This document shows, one piece after another, positions 28,619 to 32,000 of a stretch of DNA of 32,000 nt. Source of the stretch: a cyanobacterium endosymbiont of Epithemia turgida isolate EtSB Lake Yunoko (GTDB lineage Bacteria; Cyanobacteriota; Cyanobacteriia; Cyanobacteriales; Microcystaceae); contig NZ_AP012549.1 of the NCBI RefSeq assembly GCF_000829235.1, forward strand, positions 2,490,001-2,522,000, written 5' to 3'. Every line of letters starts with the position of its first letter. The stretch's first letter is position 1. The notes under the pieces are model-generated. The model made no database searches. It was not told the origin of the DNA and was given only the letters and a program-made list of their open reading frames with translations. The position numbers and the translations under genes were made by a program.

Positions 28619-29257
28619 TTAGCTTATTATAATCTTTCTAATTTTGTCAACCCAATAATTAATCTGATCGCAATTCAGGCGATAATTTAGGGGGTGAGCA
28701 ATTAAATGGGCAGTACTTTCAAACAATGTATCAATTTCTACCAAGCCATTTTGTTTTAATGTTTTTCCGGTAGAAACTAAGTCTACAATTGCTTCTGACA
28801 TTCCGGTTATAGGTCCTAATTCAACTGATCCATAAAGGGTGATAATTTCTATGGGTAAATTTAAATTATGAAAATAGTTTTTAGCACAATTAACGAACTT
28901 AGAAGCTACTTTTCCATGAGGAGGAAGATCTACAGGACGTTTATAAGGACTGGACTGAGAGACTGCAACAGACATTCGACAATGTCCAAAAGTTAAATCT
29001 GCTAAATCAGCTACTACGGGATTTTTTTCTAATAATAAATCATAGCCAACAATACCTAGTTGTGCTTGTCCGTATTCAACATAAACTGGAACATCAGTTG
29101 CTCGCACTAATAATGCTTTAGCAGTGTTAGTAGAGTCTATAATTTGCAATTGACGATTTTGAGGGTCGAGAAAAGCACCAAAATCAAATCCAATCTCTTG
29201 AAAGAGTTTAATACTGTCGGACAAAAGTGCACCTTTGGGAATGGCAACAGTTAACAT
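28619..29257 (-). CDS. hisG: ATP phosphoribosyltransferase, short form (HisG-S), 212 aa.
   Basis: This is a track [22 protein letters not shown].., DVPVYVEYG and [14 protein letters not shown] blocks are present. At 212 aa it lacks the C-terminal regulatory domain of long HisG. Confidence 0.93.
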   Translation of the reverse strand: MLTVAIPKGALLSDSIKLFQEIGFDFGAFLDPQNRQLQIIDSTNTAKALLVRATDVPVYVEYGQAQLGIVGYDLLLEKNPVVADLADLTFGHCRMSVAVSQSSPYKRPVDLPPHGKVASKFVNCAKNYFHNLNLPIEIITLYGSVELGPITGMSEAIVDLVSTGKTLKQNGLVEIDTLFESTAHLIAHPLNYRLNCDQINYWVDKIRKIIIS

Positions 29258-29385
29258 AGACTATTAATTATAATTAATAGCCGAATTGTCTCATATATTT
29301 TTTGAGTTTAGGATACTTTTTTATAGAAAATTTAATGATCTATTACTGGTTAAGGAGACAAAATGGATGAAATAATAGGAACAGA

Positions 29386-29406
29386 GTTAACTTCGTTTAA
29401 GTTAAC
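29386..29406 (-). terminator. Hairpin about 22 nt downstream of the DUF364 gene.
   Basis: gttaactt (29386-29393), cgttt loop, aagttaac (29399-29406). On the minus strand a T-rich run follows (tctgttcctattatttc). Confidence 0.35.
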
Positions 29407-29428
29407 AAATTTTATAAACACAAAATAA

Positions 29429-30202
29429 TCAGGAAAAATCATACAATTGGTACTGAACTCCTGTTTCAAAAATCCTAACTCCACCCCCTTCAGCAACAGT
29501 CTGTCGTAAAACCTTGGGATCAACAACGGTCACTCCTGCAAGATAATCTATCCCAAATTCAGCTAACTCTGCTAACCAAGGAACTGTCGGTCCCATTAAT
29601 ACCAATTTTGCATTCCTAGAAAGTTCTACTAAGCGAGGAAAGGTTTTATTAGGGATAGAAGTCCCCGTTAGAAATACCCAGTCAGACTCGGGTAATAAGT
29701 ATTCTGATGCAGGTGCGGGAAAGTCGCCAGGACTTGGTTTAAGTTCAATTATATTAATTTGCATTTCAGTTTCGTAACGGTTTAACCCTGGGTAGTGTCC
29801 AATAACTGAAACCCGTTTTCCTCGCAATTGGGGAAGAAAATGCTCAAAGACTGCTAAATTGGCTGGACCAGATGAAAAAACGGGCTGGCTTGTTTCTAAG
29901 AGGTTAGACTGAGAATTGATCACAGCATTAATTGCAGCCATTCCAATCGTTGCTTGATAAGCATCCCAGGATCGCAACCAGGGGGCTACATCTGCTATGG
30001 TTTGATTGACTAGGGTTCCTGACCAGGAAAGGGTACGTGTTGGAATAGTCGGACTCATACACAGTCCAATCTTTTTCCCACGACAAATAGTCCAGGTCAA
30101 ACCGATAATAACCTCTTGAATGAGTGTAGTGTCGGTACCATAATCTAGGAGTAAATCGTAAATTGCTTGAGGATTGATCATTTCAAAATGAGTAGGGGGC
30201 AT
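29429..30202 (-). CDS. Conserved hypothetical protein, DUF4213/DUF364-like (Rossmann-like, putative metal-chelation fold), 257 aa.
   Basis: This is a track ORF with coding-like composition, divergent from pdhB. The pattern (IGLTWT.., VSVIGHYPGL, LVLMGPTVP) resembles the DUF364 family as I remember it. The function is unknown. Confidence 0.6.
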   Translation of the reverse strand: MPPTHFEMINPQAIYDLLLDYGTDTTLIQEVIIGLTWTICRGKKIGLCMSPTIPTRTLSWSGTLVNQTIADVAPWLRSWDAYQATIGMAAINAVINSQSNLLETSQPVFSSGPANLAVFEHFLPQLRGKRVSVIGHYPGLNRYETEMQINIIELKPSPGDFPAPASEYLLPESDWVFLTGTSIPNKTFPRLVELSRNAKLVLMGPTVPWLAELAEFGIDYLAGVTVVDPKVLRQTVAEGGGVRIFETGVQYQLYDFS

Positions 30203-30306
30203 TTACAGAATAATCTAAAAAATACTTCATGGTTACGATGCCTCTCAAAAAAATTAAAATGTGAAGTTTCAATGATAGGATGACAAGTGCGCTAGCTGGT
30301 GAATGT

Positions 30307-31290
30307 ATGGCAGAAACTTTATTATTTAATGCACTCCGTCAAGCTATTGATGAAGAAATGGCATATGACAAAACGGTCTTTGTTTTAGGAGAAGATGTAG
30401 GCCACTATGGCGGTTCCTACAAGGTAACAAAAGATCTCTACAAAAAGTATGGAGATCTAAGAGTTCTCGATACTCCAATCGCTGAAAATAGCTTTACAGG
30501 AATGGCTGTTGGTGCTGCTATGACAGGGTTACGTCCCATTATCGAAGGGATGAACATGGGTTTTTTACTCCTAGCTTTTAATCAAATTTCTAACAATGCA
30601 GGGATGTTGCGATATACCTCTGGAGGAAACTTTAAAATTCCAATGGTCATTCGTGGTCCAGGGGGCGTAGGACGGCAGTTAGGAGCTGAACACTCTCAAC
30701 GCCTTGAAGCCTATTTTCATGCAGTTCCTGGGCTTAAAATTGTTGCTTGTTCTACGCCTTATAATGCCAAGGGACTTCTTAAAGCAGCCATCCGAGATGA
30801 CAATCCTGTTCTGTTTTTTGAACACGTTCTTCTCTATAATCTCAAAGAAAAACTTCCCGATACAGAATATACGGTGCCCTTGGATAAGGCTGAAATCGTC
30901 CGATCTGGGAAAGATGTCACTATATTAACTTACTCTAGAATGCGTCATCATTGTCTTCAAGCGTTGAAAAAATTAGAACCAGAAGGGTATGACCCCGAAA
31001 TTATTGACTTGATTTCCCTCAAACCCTTTGACTTAGAAACCATTGGGAATTCTATTAGTAAAACTCATCGGGTGATTATTGTGGAAGAATGCATGAAAAC
31101 AGGAGGAATTGCCGCTGAATTAATTGCTCTAATTAATGAGAATTTTTTTGACGAATTGGATGCCCCTGTCATTCGCTTATCATCCCAAGATATCCCTACC
31201 CCCTACAACGGCAAGCTAGAAAATCTAACTATTGTTCAACCTCATAAAATTGTTGAAGCAGTGCAGAAAATAATTGCATTGCAAATTTAA
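30307..31290 (+). CDS. pdhB: Pyruvate dehydrogenase E1 component beta subunit, 327 aa.
   Basis: The track ORF is 30280..31290. I place the start at the internal ATG 30307 ([18 protein letters not shown]) because cyanobacterial PdhB proteins I recall begin MAETL.FNALR and are about 327 aa. The upstream ATG at 30280 would add 9 residues (MTSALAGEC). Confidence 0.93.
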   Translation: MAETLLFNALRQAIDEEMAYDKTVFVLGEDVGHYGGSYKVTKDLYKKYGDLRVLDTPIAENSFTGMAVGAAMTGLRPIIEGMNMGFLLLAFNQISNNAGMLRYTSGGNFKIPMVIRGPGGVGRQLGAEHSQRLEAYFHAVPGLKIVACSTPYNAKGLLKAAIRDDNPVLFFEHVLLYNLKEKLPDTEYTVPLDKAEIVRSGKDVTILTYSRMRHHCLQALKKLEPEGYDPEIIDLISLKPFDLETIGNSISKTHRVIIVEECMKTGGIAAELIALINENFFDELDAPVIRLSSQDIPTPYNGKLENLTIVQPHKIVEAVQKIIALQI

Positions 31291-31360
31291 ATGTAAGGGA
31301 AAGACTGGGGGTCATCTTTTGTGGTCTGTCTCTCTTCCCTAACTTCATAAAGGAATCATC

Positions 31361-32000
31361 ATGCAACAACAGCGTTTAGTCCTTGGTTTGATCACCGTCC
31401 TAGCTATTGGAGCAATCGCCATTTTAGTAGCTATTCCCCTACAATTAGGGTTGGACCTTAAAGGAGGGGCGCAGTTAACCATTCAAGTTAAACCCACCGA
31501 CAAGATTCAAAATATCAGTCCAGAAGACTTGGAAGCACAGAAAGTTGTATTAGGGAATAGAGTTAATGCTTTGGGGGTAGCTGAACCCATTGTGCAAACC
31601 TTGGGACAAGATAAAATTGTTATCCAGTTACCAGGGGTTACTGATTCTCAACAGGCAGAGCGAGTGTTAGGAGGAACCGCTCAATTGGAGTTTAAAGAAC
31701 AAAAACAGGGAACTGAAGGTAAGTTTCAAGCAGAATTTACAATTAAACGACAATTAGAAGTAGAATTAGCAGTTCTAAGACGGGATGACACATTAGATGA
31801 AAATACCGAACGTGTTGTGGAACTGACTCAATCTATTAAACAATCGAACCTTGCCATCTTAGATTTGTTTAAATCGGTCGGTTTAACCGGAAAAAATCTT
31901 AACAATGCTCGTCCTAGTCCCACCCAAGCAGGAACTAGTTGGGAGGTAGCTATCGAATTTGATAATGACGGGGGCAAAAAATTCGCCGAACTTACGAAAA
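31361..32000 (+). CDS. secD: Protein translocase subunit SecD. N-terminal 213 codons only; it continues past the window end.
   Basis: My own translation from the ATG at 31361 reads MQQQRLVLGLITVLAIGAIAILVAIPLQLGLDLKGGAQLTIQVKPTD...VNALGVAEPIVQTLGQDKIVIQLPGVTDSQQAERVLGGTAQLEF. This is the canonical SecD N-terminal TM helix plus periplasmic P1 head start. It is not in the track because it is open at the window edge. Confidence 0.9.
   Translation, partial: MQQQRLVLGLITVLAIGAIAILVAIPLQLGLDLKGGAQLTIQVKPTDKIQNISPEDLEAQKVVLGNRVNALGVAEPIVQTLGQDKIVIQLPGVTDSQQAERVLGGTAQLEFKEQKQGTEGKFQAEFTIKRQLEVELAVLRRDDTLDENTERVVELTQSIKQSNLAILDLFKSVGLTGKNLNNARPSPTQAGTSWEVAIEFDNDGGKKFAELTK

Noticed and set aside
30280-30306. 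Upstream ATG at 30280 as the pdhB start.
   Set aside because: The extra MTSALAGEC residues are not part of PdhB N-termini as I recall them. The internal ATG at 30307 gives the conserved MAETL.FNALR start and a 327-aa length. This remains an alternative.
1-32000. Stop-codon reassignment (TGA read as Trp) as the explanation for in-frame stops.
   Set aside because: The in-frame stops include TAA and TAG as well as TGA. They occur only in regions with frameshifts and lost motifs. All 19 intact genes read through normally with standard stops.
1-32000. CRISPR arrays, IS elements, integrases or prophage genes.
   Set aside because: I saw no regularly spaced direct repeats, no transposase- or integrase-like translation, and no terminal inverted repeats with target duplications. 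The 12- and 19-nt direct repeats are isolated.

Overview
This window looks like a unicellular cyanobacterial chromosome segment of the Cyanothece/Crocosphaera/Rippkaea type. That placement rests on remembered protein families (MoeB with cyanobacterial N-terminus, Icd, AcpP-FabF, SufR/SufBCDS, Atx1, Ddl, short HisG, PdhB, SecD), not on a search. The architecture is strongly eroded. By my coordinates only about 17.8 kb of 32 kb (~56%) is intact coding sequence. About 3.7 kb is recognisable pseudogene: a GPH/MFS transporter, a TagA/WecG/CpsF glycosyltransferase, a LivM-type ABC permease and possibly an SGNH hydrolase. The remaining third is visibly AT-rich sequence with no usable ORFs, including tracts of about 1.3 kb (12425-13756) and 2.6 kb (24299-26912). 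The intact genes are core housekeeping functions (Fe-S assembly, TCA, fatty-acid synthesis, peptidoglycan, histidine, pyruvate dehydrogenase, secretion) plus two tRNAs. This pattern fits ongoing reductive genome evolution, as in an obligate endosymbiont or host-restricted lineage, but that cannot be verified here. I found no CRISPR array, transposase, prophage or canonical defence island. The items most worth a second look are these. (1) An intact 753-aa caspase-fold protein has both catalytic residues replaced (His to Tyr, Cys to Ser) and an N-terminal twin-arginine-like motif. (2) A perfect 57-bp palindrome in the sufR/sufB divergent region carries mirrored TTGACA hexamers and overlaps a CAAC-N6-GTTG SufR-type box. 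(3) A second perfect 57-bp palindrome lies immediately upstream of an orphan atx1 copper-chaperone gene. (4) The pseudogenes largely keep their original length, and the GPH one its frame, with stop codons that look like G/C-to-A/T changes.
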